Part shown: positions 39,930-54,050 of the stretch, one piece after another
Layout: each line of letters opens with the position of its first letter
Numbering within the stretch: the stretch's first letter is position 1
Source of the DNA: Eledone cirrhosa
Taxonomy: Eukaryota
Direction: 5' to 3'
NCBI GenBank assembly: GCA_964016885.1
Contig: OZ024740.1
Location: 364,126,001 to 364,190,000, forward strand
DNA length: 64,000 nucleotides
Program-made: the position numbers and the translations under genes
The notes under the pieces: model-generated
What the model saw: the letters and a program-made list of their open reading frames with translations, nothing else
Told to the model about the DNA's origin: nothing
Database searches by the model: none

Positions 39930-40511
39930 TGTATTATTCTCCAGACTCTAGCTATTAATCAGTTAATTTTCTTGATTTTATAGTTGATTCTATTGACTGA
40001 TGAATAGCTTATGTTAATTTTAACCCTTCTGTTGAGAAGTCTATTCGATTTGTGATGTTTTTGCATTCTTGCAAAAATATACACAACTGAATTCATTCGC
40101 CTGATATAGGGGTTGCCTCCCTTGCCGATCCCCACGTGGGGTCAGCAATAGTCAGCCCTTGTATTAACATTGAACTAAAACCTGTTGAGAAAGTGGCTTC
40201 CTTGTTCAATCATTTTACTAGAAACCTGACATTATTTATGTAAGCGGACAATACTTGATTTAGGAGCCGCAGAGACCCATATACTGGATTTTACCAACCT
40301 TCCAGGGGTCCGGGTAAATTTTCAATACCCGAATTACTTGATCGTTTTTTTTGGCTATGCGAATGATTGTTTAACCATCGTCTCAGTGTGTTTGGCCTTT
40401 AACGTTTGTTATACCTCTGGTTCATCTGAATCATTGAGCACTTGCCACACATCTCGTAGGTTGTTTTTCGTTATTTCGTGGGCCGAAATGCGAATCTCGA
40501 TAATTTATGTT

Positions 40512-40550
<39 letters not shown>

Positions 40551-40721
40551 TGTATATTGGGGTCACCGCGAAGAGGCCGCTTTCGGTTATTTGTCGAAAA
40601 TTTCTTCATAGGAGCCTTTATTCTTATAGCCTGGTCTAATTGATTTTTTATATGGTTAATTATGCTAATTGGGAGAGGAAATGGTATATATTTTATCTAA
40701 TAATTCTAAGGACATGATTTA

Positions 40722-40874
<153 letters not shown>

Positions 40875-41018
40875 TTTGGGAGGATCATGTTGCCACTAAG
40901 AAACACATGCACCAGTTGCTTTCACTCCAATTTATTATAAATTAAATTTATAAATTTAAGAATTTATAAATTTCCGGTTGGTTGGTTGGTTCCATAATCG
41001 GACGGTTGTTCATATATT

Positions 41019-41061
41019 GTCAAAGTTCTTTCGTCACACATTATGTGACCTCTTCAGTGAC
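41019..41061 (-). ncRNA. Very minimal hammerhead-like motif (family 2); second copy at 48371-48413
   Basis: Reverse complement: gtca-CTGAAGA-g-gtcaca..tgtgac-GAAA-gaac-TT-tgac. Stem III is only 2 bp. Confidence 0.55.
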
Positions 41062-41251
41062 GGTGGATTCTTTTCTTTGTTTTTGTGCCTCTCCTTTGTT
41101 CTGTACTACGCCATCTTGTTTATATATATGTAGGAGGTGAGTTTTATTGTAGCACAATAAAGCAATAAGCAATGCAAATATCGGATAAGTATGTTGAATA
41201 GACACCACCTTGCTCGCAAGTGTTTTTTTTAAGCTTCATATCATGTCTCCC

Positions 41252-41322
41252 TATTTTATCTGATGAGAACGCAAATATCGTCCCAGTATGATATTTGTTT
41301 TTGAAATGCGCATAATAAAATA
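41252..41322 (+). ncRNA. Hammerhead ribozyme (family 1 variant) within element 41129-41350
   Basis: tattttat-CTGATGA-gaacgcaaatatc..gatatttgttttt-GAAA-tgcgca-TA-ataaaata. Confidence 0.8.
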
Positions 41323-41362
41323 CATGGAACTTTTTTAACCATCTTTTAATTTCTTCACAACT

Positions 41363-41451
<89 letters not shown>

Positions 41452-41490
41452 ATATTAAATAAATGGAAACTATATTTATAAAACCATATT

Positions 41491-41553
41491 TATTTTATTA
41501 TATATATTTCAAGGGTACCAAGACACATTGGTACGCTTTCATCAGATAAAATA
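41491..41553 (-). ncRNA. Hammerhead ribozyme (family 3)
   Basis: Reverse complement: tattttat-CTGATGA-aagcgtaccaa..ttggtaccctt-GAAA-tatata-TA-ataaaata. Confidence 0.78.
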
Positions 41554-41681
41554 CAAAGTTTGTTTTATAAACAGAGACATACCCATGAAAATAATACCTT
41601 ATCGGTTGGAAATTCACTGGATAGTCACTTTGTATTTTATCTGATGAAAGCGTACCAATGTGCCTCGGTACCCTTGAAATA

Positions 41682-43600
41682 TCTTTATATATATAAAAGC
41701 GAGGATGTGTGTGTCTGTGTACAACTTTGCATGCATAAGGCTTTTACAATTACCAACTGAATCTGACCAAATTTTCTGTGCACGTTGCACAGGTCGCTAA
41801 GATTGTCACATCACAAACATTTTTCAAATCGACCCACGTTGAGCAATAAAAAATCGATATCAAAATTATCGGTAGACAAATTGATGTAAGGGAGATAACA
41901 AACTTTATTGACAATCCTTATAAAAAAGGGAGATAACCTTTTCACCAAATATGCCCCGTAAAAAGAAAGTATGCACATATTGGCTATCGGTCGAAGAAAA
42001 CAATTGGAAACTCCTACTTGTCATATCACCAAAGACTCCGAAAGGGCTCATCTGCTGCGAAGGTGTCACCTTATTGTTTGGGATGAGTGCACAATGCGCA
42101 CATAGGTGCTCTTGAGACACTAGACAGGTCTTTGCAAGACATACGGGATTGCAGTGATGTTATAGGAGGTGTCACCCTTGTGCTATCAGGAGACTTCAGA
42201 CAGACTCTTCCTATAATACCGAAAGGAACAAGAGCAGATGCGGTAAATGCATGTCTTAAGTCTTCACCATTGTGGCGACAAGTGACATCATTAAGACTAA
42301 CTACCAACATGCGTGCAAGGTTGCATGGGGACCCTCTGTCATCAACATTTTCTGGAGACATTCTTACAATAGGAGATGGTAACCTACCTCTGGATACAGA
42401 TGGACACATAGCAATTGATCACATCTGCAATGTAGTTGAAACTATCGATGATCTCAAGGCGAGTGTAGTCCCGAACTTGCGTGATAACTATACGAATCTT
42501 GATTGGCTATGCGAAAGAGCCATTCTTGCACCCCAAAATATCACGGTTGGCTGTATTAACGTTCAGCATTCTTCCTGGATGTCCACGGATATATAAATCT
42601 ATTGATACTGTATGTGATCCACAGGATGCGTCAATTATCCAGTTGATTTTCTAAATTCTTTAAATCCTTCTGGTTTACCTGCTAATACATTGGTTCTGAA
42701 AGAGGGAACACCAGTTATTTTGCTGAGAAATATCACTCCTCCAAAACTATGCAATGGTACACGCCTTGTGGTTAAAAAAGTGTCTCCACTTAGTATTTGC
42801 GCTACCATTCTATCCGGATGTCGAAAAGGCGAGGATGTGATAATAACAAAAATTAGCCTGACTACATCAAGCGTGGATACTCCCTTCTCCTTTCGCCGAA
42901 CCCAATTTCCCCTTCGTGTTGCCTTTGCGATGTCCATAAACAAGTCGCAAGGTCAAACTTTGTCCGTTGCTGGAATTCACTTGGATGAACCTTGCTTTTC
43001 GCACAGACAATTCTACGTTGCCTGCTCACGAGTTGGCAGTCGAGATAATCTCTTTGCGTTTGTTCCGAAAAGAAAAACAAAGAATATCGTCTATCCTGAA
43101 GTGCTTTAGTGTTAACAAAAAAACTTATTGCAGCTCTGCCTTGACTTCACCTTACTCATTACAAAACATACCAATGAATATGTCATGCAGGATATTTTGG
43201 ATTATAAGTTTAAAATTTAACCATACACAGCAAAGGATGCTCTCAAAGAATAGATTTTCTCTTATTCTACTCTCATTGTTTTGTTTTTTTTTTGTTTGTA
43301 TACAACTCTGCTTTCATTACAACTTTTTGTACTTTAGCAAAACTGCATGTTTTTTTTTATAGATTTGCAACGTGTATTGTCTTTAATCATTTGTATAACT
43401 ACATCCTGTTCAGTGTTTTCCTTCATTATCAACATAGTTTTATGTGTACAAAGATTGCACTAAATATTCGTTTGCATTAATTATTGAAGACTTCTGCTTA
43501 TTTTGACAGGTTGGGGACAAATAATGTTCTTCTTTTACTTCCTAGCTGTATATTCTTAGCATAATTTCAAACCCCGAGCAACGCCGGGTAAATCTGGTAG
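41682..43600 (+). mobile_element. Internally deleted Helitron retaining the C-terminal PIF1 helicase region
   Basis: A|TC start; DECTM, GDFRQTLP, LCNGTRL, QFPLRVAFAMSINKSQGQT, YVACSRV and TKNIVYPEVL motifs; 3' hairpin cccgagcaacgccggg then GTAG|T. Confidence 0.92.
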
Positions 43601-43766
43601 TATATAATAAAATAAATATGGTTTTATAAATATAGTTTCCATTTATTTAATATCATTGAATATTTACTCCAGTATACTGTTGAGTGCTCTAAATCAGTTA
43701 TAAACATTTATATTTGTCGGACTTCCAACAAATTAAATACCCCTTCTACTTATATATATATATATA

Positions 43767-43881
<115 letters not shown>

Positions 43882-44136
43882 CTCATAGGGATATATATGT
43901 ATAGTCACAGCTACATATATGAGTATGGATACCTTTCATGGTGTGGCTCAATGAAATACTTAATTAAGCAAATAATTATGTTCCTCGCGGGGATAGTCTA
44001 TATCATTTATTTGTTATTTCTTCGAAGTTACATTTTAAACTTAGCTCCGTTTAAATGATTATTTATCTAGTTGATTTCTACGGACTAGGGTGAAGAAAAA
44101 TTGGATATCTTTTATCTAACTGTTCTTCAAACTTAG

Positions 44137-44229
<93 letters not shown>

Positions 44230-44259
44230 ATCAAAAGATGGTTAAAGGAGTTCCATGTA

Positions 44260-44326
44260 TTTTATTATGCGCATTTCAAAAACAAACATCATCAAGCAAT
44301 AATATTTGTGTTTTCATCAGATAAAA
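44260..44326 (-). ncRNA. Hammerhead ribozyme (family 1) in the 3' pLTR, sense to the PLE ORF
   Basis: Same fold as 39777-39843. Confidence 0.8.
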
Positions 44327-46268
44327 CAGGAGAACATGATATGAAGGCTAAAAAACACTTGTGGTTAGTGCAGTTTTAAATCAACATATGAAAAGTGGTT
44401 TTAGATTGATGTGTGATATTGGGAAAAATATTTTATTTAGAGAGGGGTGGGTGGGTGGAAAGGATGAAAAAGGGGAGGAGATGAGAGGGAGAGATGGGTG
44501 ATAGAGAGAAAGAAATAGTTTTTATAACTGAGAGGAGATATATTGTTTTACATAGAGAGGTTGAAAACCGTTGGAAGATAATGTATAAATTAAAAGAATT
44601 TGAAAATTAACGAAGGTAGGATATGTGCAAGGAAAAAATATTTTATTTAGGGAGGGGGGGTGGAAAGGATGAAAAAAGGGGGAGGAGATGAGATTGAAGG
44701 TGGAGAGGGAGAGATGGGTGATAGAGAGAAAGAGATAGTTTTTATAACTGAGAAAAAGATATATTGTTTTACATAGAGAGGTTGAGAACCGTTGGAAGAT
44801 AATGTATAAATTAAAGGAATTTGAAAATTAACGAAGGGAATTTATGTATGAAGATAGAGAGAAAAAATAATAATTGTGGATGAATATTCTAACGTCAAAA
44901 AAAGTGTATGTTGATAAGTATTGTGGCAATTTCAAAATTAACGAAGAGAAAAATTAATAAGGTTTGTGTGTAGAAGGATTTGAGAAAAATAATGTGAAGT
45001 TAAAGTTTGTATATTGAAGGAATTGATAATATATGCGAATAAAGAGTTAATATGTATTAAGAATGAGTTCGTTGATGGGGAGAAAAAAATAATAAATTAG
45101 GGATGAAATTGAGATTAAAAAGTTTTATGATAGAGAGAAAAAATAATAATGATTGCGGATGAATATTCTAACGTCAAAAAAACAAATGTATATGTTATGA
45201 AGGATTTTACAGGGTGAAGATAGAGAGAAGGTAATGAGTAAACAAGTATTATAGAGTGTATAATGCCCTTTAAAGTAAGGTAGGAAGATGGGTATATTTT
45301 AAAGAGGTGTATGTATATGTGCCTTTGAGAAAAGATTCTAAATTGATAAAGAATTGAATATTAACTGTATACTTTGTGAAAAGTCCTATGGAATTTATGC
45401 AGGCAGATAGAAAACAAATCTGTACGTCTATTTATTATAGAATCTAGGTTAGAGATAATGGTAAATTTTTCATTTAGGCAGAGATTACAGATTTTAGATA
45501 GAGAGCTGTTCAAGTATGCAGAAGAAACCTTCTTCCAAAAGATGGTATATTTAATGTTTTTGTCTTTCAAGGACCATATGAGTTCTGAGAGAGCCGTGTT
45601 GGTTCTTTTAAGTTTGTATTTGAAAGATGAATGATGATTATAGAGACGAGCTTTAAAAGAGGTGGAAGTGGAGCCAAAATAGGTGAAGGAATTGGTGCTA
45701 GTTATAATTTTACATTCATAAATTAAGTTTTTATCGAGACAATGGTTGTTGAGAGGACATTTATTTTTAATGCGGCAGTTGCAATTAGAGAGATTATTAA
45801 TGAGTGACCTAGTGTTATCTATAGAAGGAATTGGATTGGAGAAGTTGTTTGCGATAGGAATAATAGGAATAATAGTTTCTTGATTTAGAGTTGGATTATG
45901 AACATTTAGCGAAGTTGTGTTTGACGTTGTATTTGGGTTTACAGAAGTTAGCCTAGGGTTTACAATGACGTCGGGAGTACTATTACTGTTATTATGAAAT
46001 TCAATGTTGGAAGGAAGAGATTTAGTATTTAGTATTTTATTGTTGTGTTTAGAGATGATGTTGGAAATATTGGAGGATGTAGAATAAGAAAATTTGATGG
46101 TGTGTTTGTTAAATATTTTACTATAGATATGTGAGGGAGGGAAGCATTTATTTAAGGCACTAAAAAATAATTTAGGAATATTGTTATTAATAGAGATGGA
46201 GAAAGGAGCATTGATTTAAAACTGCACTATCCACAAGTGTTTTTTAGCCTTCATATCATGTTCTCCTG

Positions 46269-46335
46269 TTTTATCTGATGAAAACACAAATATTATTGCA
46301 TGATGATGTTTGTTTTTGAAATGCGCATAATAAAA
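46269..46335 (+). ncRNA. Hammerhead ribozyme (family 1) in the inverted 5' pLTR
   Basis: ttttat-CTGATGA...GAAA-tgcgca-TA-ataaaa. Confidence 0.8.
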
Positions 46336-46458
46336 TACATGGAACTCCTTTAACCATCTTTTGATCTTATATTATGTATACTCCAGTCCTACAAATTGCA
46401 GAGTGCTTCTTATCCGATATCTGCATTGCTTTATTGTACTACAATAAAACTCACCTCC

Positions 46459-46533
<75 letters not shown>

Positions 46534-46603
46534 GTTATTCCGGGTTGTGGTAACCACAGTAAGTAAGGTACTCAATACATTGCAGAGTATAAAAGTTTTA
46601 ATA

Positions 46604-46951
<348 letters not shown>

Positions 46952-47029
46952 ATCCACTTTACTACCCTAAGCTTTGATTACTCTGGTGCGTTATGGTTCA
47001 TCTGGTTCCTTACCACACTTCCTTCGTTA

Positions 47030-47061
<32 letters not shown>

Positions 47062-47372
47062 TAGGTTTGCAGGTTCACCACTGGATAGAGTTGGTCATTC
47101 CGTATGGTCAATCTTGATGTAATAATATGGAGATACTCAACGTAAAGCAGCTCAACCGTCTTCGTTTGTGTAGTTGGTGGTGCGAGTACGGAGTTAATTA
47201 TTATAACAAAATAACAGGAGGCTGGACTTGTGTAAATCGTTGAAAGGTTTATTATACTATGATCATTTCAATGACTGGCTAAAGTGGAAGATGCTAGATG
47301 GTCGGTCGTCCTCGGGTCTATGATTTTCAGCCCCATGGATTTTATCTGTTACATTCATTTATTATATTTCGA

Positions 47373-47430
47373 ATACCTGATGATATCACCGGATTCATAC
47401 GGAACCCGGTCATTGAAATGATCATAGTAT
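47373..47430 (+). ncRNA. Hammerhead ribozyme (family 5) within fold-back element 47202-47482
   Basis: atac-CTGATGA-..accgg.ttc atacg gaa.ccggt..-GAAA-tgatca-TA-gtat. Confidence 0.72.
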
Positions 47431-48225
47431 AATAAACCTTTCAAGGATTTACACAAGTCCAGCCTCCTGTTATTTTGTTATATATATTTTGTTATATATA
47501 TGGAAGCACATGGCTTAGTGGTTAGAGCATTGGCCTGGCAATCGAAAGGTTGTGAGTTCAATTTTCAGACCGGGTGATGTGTTGTTACCTTGAGCAAGAC
47601 ACTTTATTTCACATTGCTCCAGTTTACTCAGCTGTAGAAATGAGATGATAGGGAGTAGGGTCCATATCATTCCACTGCAAAGTGGTCGTGGAGGTGCCAC
47701 AAAAAAGCACCCAGCACTCACTGTAAATGAGGTTGGTGTTAGGAAGGGCATCCAGCTGTAGAAATCAAGCCAGAATCAGTTCCCGTCCCATCCTTGCAAG
47801 CAGGGAAAAAGCGGACGTAAAAACGAAATGAATGAATGAATGAATGAATATATATTCAATATAGAAATGGCTTCTACAGGACTAGAAGTGTTTCATTCGG
47901 AGGAAATCATCAGGAAATTCCTGATGATTTCCTCCGAATGAAACAGTTCTATTCCTGTAGAAGCCATTTCTATATTAAATATGTATACTCTACTATGTAT
48001 TGAGTACCTTACTGTGGTTACCCCCGATTGAACCCGGGATAAACATATCTATCTATATATATATATATATAAATAAAACCTCAGGTCCCAAATAATAGGG
48101 AAGGGGGGCGGGTATTTGCTTAAATTCTTATGAGCCGGGGGAATAAATGAGGATGGGGAATTGTATAGTGTACGTTCGTAAATATGGGATTTCTTGTAAT
48201 GTTCTTTAATATATATATATATATA

Positions 48226-48528
48226 TTGTTATACTTTGGGAGGGTCATGTTGCCAATAAGAAACACACGCACCAGCTGCTTTCACTTCAATTTATTATAA
48301 ATTAAATTTATAAATTTATAAATTTCCGGTTGGTTGGTTGGTTCCACAACCAGATGATTGTTCATATATTGTCAAAGTTCTTTCGTCACACATTCTGTGA
48401 CCTCTTCAGTGACTGGGGATTCTTTTCTTTGTTTTTGTGCCTCTCCTTTGTTCTGTACTACGCCATCTTATTTTTGTGTGTGTTCTTGTGTGTGTTATTG
48501 GCAACATGACCCTCCCAAAGTATAACAA
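48226..48528. mobile_element. TA-flanked element with 35-bp terminal inverted repeat and family-2 hammerhead-like motif; partial copy at 40873-41120
   Basis: attgttatactttgggagggtcatgttgccaataa ... ttattggcaacatgaccctcccaaagtataacaat. Confidence 0.7.
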
Positions 48529-48585
48529 TATCGGTTTCAACACACGTTTTCAGATAAAGAATCTTGCTAAACAAATTCAGAAACG

Positions 48586-48661
<76 letters not shown>

Positions 48662-50202
48662 TGCAACTCGATTTCGAGTAATACTATAGCTTGATACTTA
48701 AGCACGACGTAGCATCACGGACGTAGCATTTTAGTCCTGCTAGGGACTTGCCTATGACCAGCAATACCATGCATCGCAAAAAATGTCACATATCAAGCGA
48801 TGCCTGTTCTTGAAGCTTTTTTAAGTGAGTAAAGGCTTTACACGGGGCCAATCCCACCCTCTGTTCACCGAATGTATTTGCCTAAAAAGTAGAACTGGTC
48901 AACATCATTGGATGCAAACGGAGTCGTTGGCATCAGTGACGTCGGGCTCATTTTCTTTCCAGCTGATTGAACTGAAGCAGCGTAAAATAAAATGTCTTGC
49001 TCAAGGACACAACCCACCGCTTGGTCCAGAAATTCAATTCACAACCTCACGCATATATAGGGAGGGGGGGGGGGGTCATGTATGTGTGTGCGCATGCATG
49101 TTGGACCTTCGTCAGTTTGGACGAAGGTCCAACACGCATGTTGGACGAAGGTCCAACACGTCAGTTTGGACGACGAGTATTCTTAATGTTCGTTCAATGA
49201 GACAACCTGCAAGTGGCTGAGTATTCCACATATACATGCATTCTTAACATTGATCTCAGGAAGATTCACTGTGATACTGTGTGTTACAAGGCTGGCTCTT
49301 TGAATCAAAGGTGCAACTCATTTTTTAGCTGAATGAATAGTAGCAACGTGAAATAGTCTCTTGCTCAAAGTCACAACGCACCATCAGGAATCGAACTTGC
49401 GATCTTATTATCATTAACCGAACACCTTTAACCATAAATTACGTCCCTTCAAGCTGTATATATAATAATGATGAACATTATTGTGTACTGTGCTCAGGTG
49501 CACTACAACTCATCAAAGGTGTATAATATATGTAATAATTGTTTCTACTTTAGGCACAAGGCCAGCAATTACCCAGTGCATTACTGGTACTTTATTTTAT
49601 CGACCCCGTAAGGATGAAAGGCAAAGTCAACCTCGGCGGGATTTGAACTCAGATCGTAAAGGGACGTAACTATGCTGGAAAGCATGGCGTCCGACCTTCT
49701 ACCGATACTGCCAATCCACCGCCCTATAATATATGTAATAATGTACAAATACCAGTATAATATATAGAATAATATATAGAATAATGTACAAATACCAGAA
49801 AAGTGAACAGTGTATGAGTCACGATATACACACAGATACATGCGTGTGTGTGTGTATGGAGGAGGAATAACAGGTGTAGTATTGGCGAATTTCGGGAAGC
49901 ATGAACGTTTTGAAGAATGCAGTGTCTCGACAACTAACAACTGATGTAAGTAGTTTGTTCAGGATTTGTTACAAAAGCTTATAGACAATATGGTGCTAGA
50001 TATTGAAGCAGTATTGGAAAGGAATAGAGAGAGGGTAGTTGTGAAAGTGTAGTGCTATTACCACGAGTTCTTCTGTACTCTCACTCGCAGTTTATAAATT
50101 AAGATTCTGACTGGGAGATTTGTAGTGATACAAATTGCCTAGATTAATCATATTGATACCAACCCATCAAAAACTGTTTCTGGTTCTATGAGACTAAATT
50201 AA

Positions 50203-50392
50203 GACTTGCCAACCTCTAAAAATCCAAACAGGGAGTACCATGAAAAAAAGTGCCCCATAACGGGGAGAAATGAGGCAAAAATGGGGAGATTTTACATAAT
50301 GAAAGCTGTACCCATCTTCACAAGAGAAGACATCTCTCGTACAACCCAAAGTGGGTGGGAGATTTCCCCGTCGGACGGGAGAGTTGACAAGT
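50203..50392. mobile_element. Small MITE; inverted copy at ~57415-57555
   Basis: gacttgccaac ... gttgacaagtc terminal inverted repeat; internal sequence shared with the second copy. Confidence 0.55.
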
Positions 50393-50959
50393 CTGTAAAC
50401 TGCCCGTTTTAAATTAAAATGTTCCAATATTAGGCAGGTACTTTATTTATCAGCCTCAAAAGGTGAAAGGCAAAGTTAACCTAGGTAGAATGTGAACTGT
50501 CAATTCACAGTCAGGCTCACAATAAGAAAGTAAAAGAAAGTAATACGGTGACGGATGGAAGTCTCTGGATATAGCTTTCATTGATTCAAGATTTTATGGA
50601 ATTAAACAATCACAACAATATAACCTAGATGACAGTGAAACAACCATGGATCAGTCAATCGGAGGTTCGAAGGGTCATTTGAGTGCAGAAATCTGTTGAT
50701 AATAAAGATATGATTATTACTAAAGATATGATTATTTTCACTTGGAAATTCTAGGGCTAGAATACTTGGTAGTTAGAAGCAACTACCAAGTATTAAAGAT
50801 GAATGTGGCATTTTATTTTTTCATTTATAAGTTATATATAAGCACGCAAATAAAATATACAGATTTAATTACATATAAATCGAGTAAATGACGGAAACTA
50901 CAAAAATGAAATAATTTATTAATTTACAATTTGAGGATAATATTTTTCCCAAAAGTATT

Positions 50960-51124
<165 letters not shown>

Positions 51125-51271
51125 TGTGTCTGTGTTTGTGTGTATGTGTGTGCATATATATATATATATATATTTATATATATCACAATAAATTAACGGA
51201 GCATTAGACTCTCGCCATTCCGTGTAAATAATGTGCTCAAAGGAGAGGAAATCCTGAGCTCTTTAAAATAC

Positions 51272-52126
51272 AATATGTTGAAAAGGTAACACACTAGAGA
51301 GAGATACAGTGCGCTATCAATAAAACAGGGGAAAACCACCAGTGTATGGAATCTATATCCTATGAAAGGCAGACTATAGACACGATAATTAAAAGTATAA
51401 ATTAAAGCGTAAATAAATACCTCTATAACTATATAACACACGTACAAATCCAAAGAGATCTGTTTCGCCAGTAAGTTGTTGACAGAAATGAAATAATCCC
51501 GATTCTTCAGCGTGTGTAAGGCTATACATTTCAGACAACACTAAGAGAATTTTAAAGTGACTGTCCAGCTACACGTGGGAGAGAGAAGTCACAGCGTGTT
51601 TAAGGGCAGTAAACCAGTGGCCTCTGAGGGACGAGCTGCTAGAAAGGGCAGCCCAAAACCACTCAGAGAAGTGTGCTCAACCAAACAGAGAAAGAGGAAA
51701 GACCGTTATAAGGAGCGAATTGAGCACACTTCTTTGAGTGGTTTTGGGCTGCCCTTTCTAGCAGCTCGTCCCTCAGAAACAACTGGTTCACTGCCCTTAA
51801 ACACGCTGTGACTTCTCTCTCCCACGTGTAGCTGGACAGGCACTTTAAAATTCTCTTAGTGTTGTCTGAAATGTATAGCCTTACACACGCTGAAGAATCG
51901 GAGTTATTTCATTTCTGTCAACAACTTACTGGCGAAACAGATTTCTTTGGATTTGTACGTGTGTTATATAGTTATAGAGGTATTTATTTGCGCTTTAATT
52001 TATACTTTTAATTATCGTGTCTATAGTCTGCCTTTCATAGGTTATAGATTCCATACACTGGTGGTTTTTTCCCTGTTTTATTGATAGCGCACTGTATCTC
52101 TCTCTAGTGTGTTACCTTTTCAACAT

Positions 52127-52129
<3 letters not shown>
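51272..52129. repeat. Long inverted repeat (~407-bp arms, ~40-bp spacer) between microsatellites
   Basis: 51272-51678 is the reverse complement of 51720-52129, with only scattered mismatches. Confidence 0.95.
51883..51964 (+). ncRNA. Hammerhead ribozyme (family 6) with stable stem III; mirror copy at 51436-51517 (-)
   Basis: acacacg-CTGAAGA-long stem II-GAAA-cagat..atttg-TA-cgtgtgt; 7-bp stem I, GUA site. Confidence 0.75.
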
Positions 52130-52169
<40 letters not shown>

Positions 52170-52809
52170 GGAGGCACATGGCTTAGTGGTTAGAGCATTG
52201 CAATCGAAAGGTTGTGAGTTCAATTCTCGGACCGGGTGATGTGTTGTTTCCTTGAGCAAGACACTTTATTTCACATTGCTCTAGTTTACTCAGCTCTAGA
52301 AATGAGATGATAGGGACTGGGGTCCATATCATTCCACTGAAAAGTGGTCGTGGAGGTGCCACGGCAAAAAAGCACCCAGCACTCACTGTAAATGAGGTTG
52401 GTGTTAGGAAGGGCATCCAGCTGTAGAAATCAAGCCAGAATCAGTTCCCGTCCCACCCTTGCAAGCAGGGAAAAGCGTAAAATGATGATGATGATGATAT
52501 ATATCCCTTTCGCACACACACACGCGCGCGGCGCAAACTCTTACCATCACCCCGTCGTAAAATCACCACGGCTACCTCTCCCCACTCTCTCTTTCTTTCT
52601 CTCTCGCATACACATAGACATACACTCTTACCACCTCCACTCCTCCCAGCATGACAAGCAACTTACACCACTGAAACACCCATTTTATTAGTGTTCTCGC
52701 TGTCGTTAACGTAAGTACTCAATTTTCATTTAAAATTAACCTTTCAATATAAAACCACCTGAATAATACAAAACTATCACATATAAAATAGTCTGTATCT
52801 AAAATCTTC

Positions 52810-53400
52810 CATCACGCAGTAAGACCTATGTCAGCCGTTCTCCAGCTATTTATTTAAAGGTGTATATAGTTATGGTGCGGCCACACTTAGAATTTGAAAA
52901 GTGTGGAACCCCTATCGCGCTCAGAATACGGACCTCCTGAAAACTGTTCAGAGACGTGCAACCAAACGAATACCCTCCATTAAACATCTACCATACTCTG
53001 AATGCCTTGCTTCCCTGGGCATGGATACATTCAAGTTCCGACGTCTGGGAACTTACTTGGTAGATACCCACATGATTATTAACCATCTTTCCAACAACAA
53101 TCTTGAGCACCTTTTTGAATTCCATGTGTCTAACACCCGTATACATGCTTACAAAATCAGAAAACAGTGCAGCTCCCATGATTTTTGAAAACAACTTTTC
53201 CCACGCAGAGTTGCTGAATCATGGAACAAACTACCAGCATCAGTTGTTAGCTGTCAGGACACTGCATCCTTCAAAACTTTCATGCTCCCGAAATTCGCCA
53301 ACATTATACCTGATATTGCCACTCCATACACACGCACGCATGTATCTGTGTGTATATCATGACTCATACACTGTTCACTTTCCTGACAATTGTACATTAT
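52810..53400 (+). mobile_element. 3' fragment of the CR1-like LINE
   Basis: VRPHLE, VWNPY, LKTVQRRATKRIP, HAYKI and WNKLP motifs; homologous to 19000-19550. Confidence 0.8.
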
Positions 53401-54050
53401 TCTATATAAGGGCGGTGGATTGGCAGTATCGGTAGAGGGTCGGACGCCATGCTTTCCAGCAAAGAGTACGCCGCTTTATGGTCTGAGTTTAAATCCCGCC
53501 GAGGTTAACTTTGCCTTTCCTCCTTATGGGGGTCGATAAAATAAAGTACCAGTAATGCACTGGGATAATTTCTGGCCTTGTGCCAATAGTAGAAACAATT
53601 ATTCTATATATTATACATACACCTTCGATCAGTTGTGCATATGTACACTGTACACAATAATTTTCATTATTATATTTTTATGGAAGAACCGATTGTTAAA
53701 TTACGTTCCAAACATCAGCTTAATAATGGAGAATTTAGATATTTTGCTAAACCTCTTCCAAATCTTTAATGCTAAAAATAAAAGGAAATACACAAGCTAT
53801 GTATTTTAAATGGGTTAATAGCGATATCCATGTCAAGCACAATGAAAGGTATAAATTCCGACTATTTCAACACTGAAAGAAATTGTATGATAGTTATCTC
53901 CCTTACATTAGATTCTAACTAGCAGGTTTGTATGTATAGTTATATACATGAATATAGGGTTTATATAGAATGTTTTAAAGCAATTTAAAGTTTATATTTA
54001 AAATTATATACATCAATATAGTGACATATTTAAATGTATCTATTATTGTA

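Larger units (their letters stand above)
44226..46462 (-). mobile_element. 5'-truncated Penelope-like element: RT thumb end + GIY-YIG endonuclease (~46210-45361) between inverted pLTRs, in (TA)n
   Basis: NAPFS..FP..H...KIFN..TIKFSYS, CNCRIKNKCPL..HCL, LIYECKI..YFGSTSTSFKARLYNH and CNLCLNEK. 44226-44385 is inverted relative to 46210-46372. Confidence 0.88.

Noticed and set aside
42087-43109. Host PIF1 helicase gene
   Set aside because: Frameshifted, intronless and bounded by Helitron termini.
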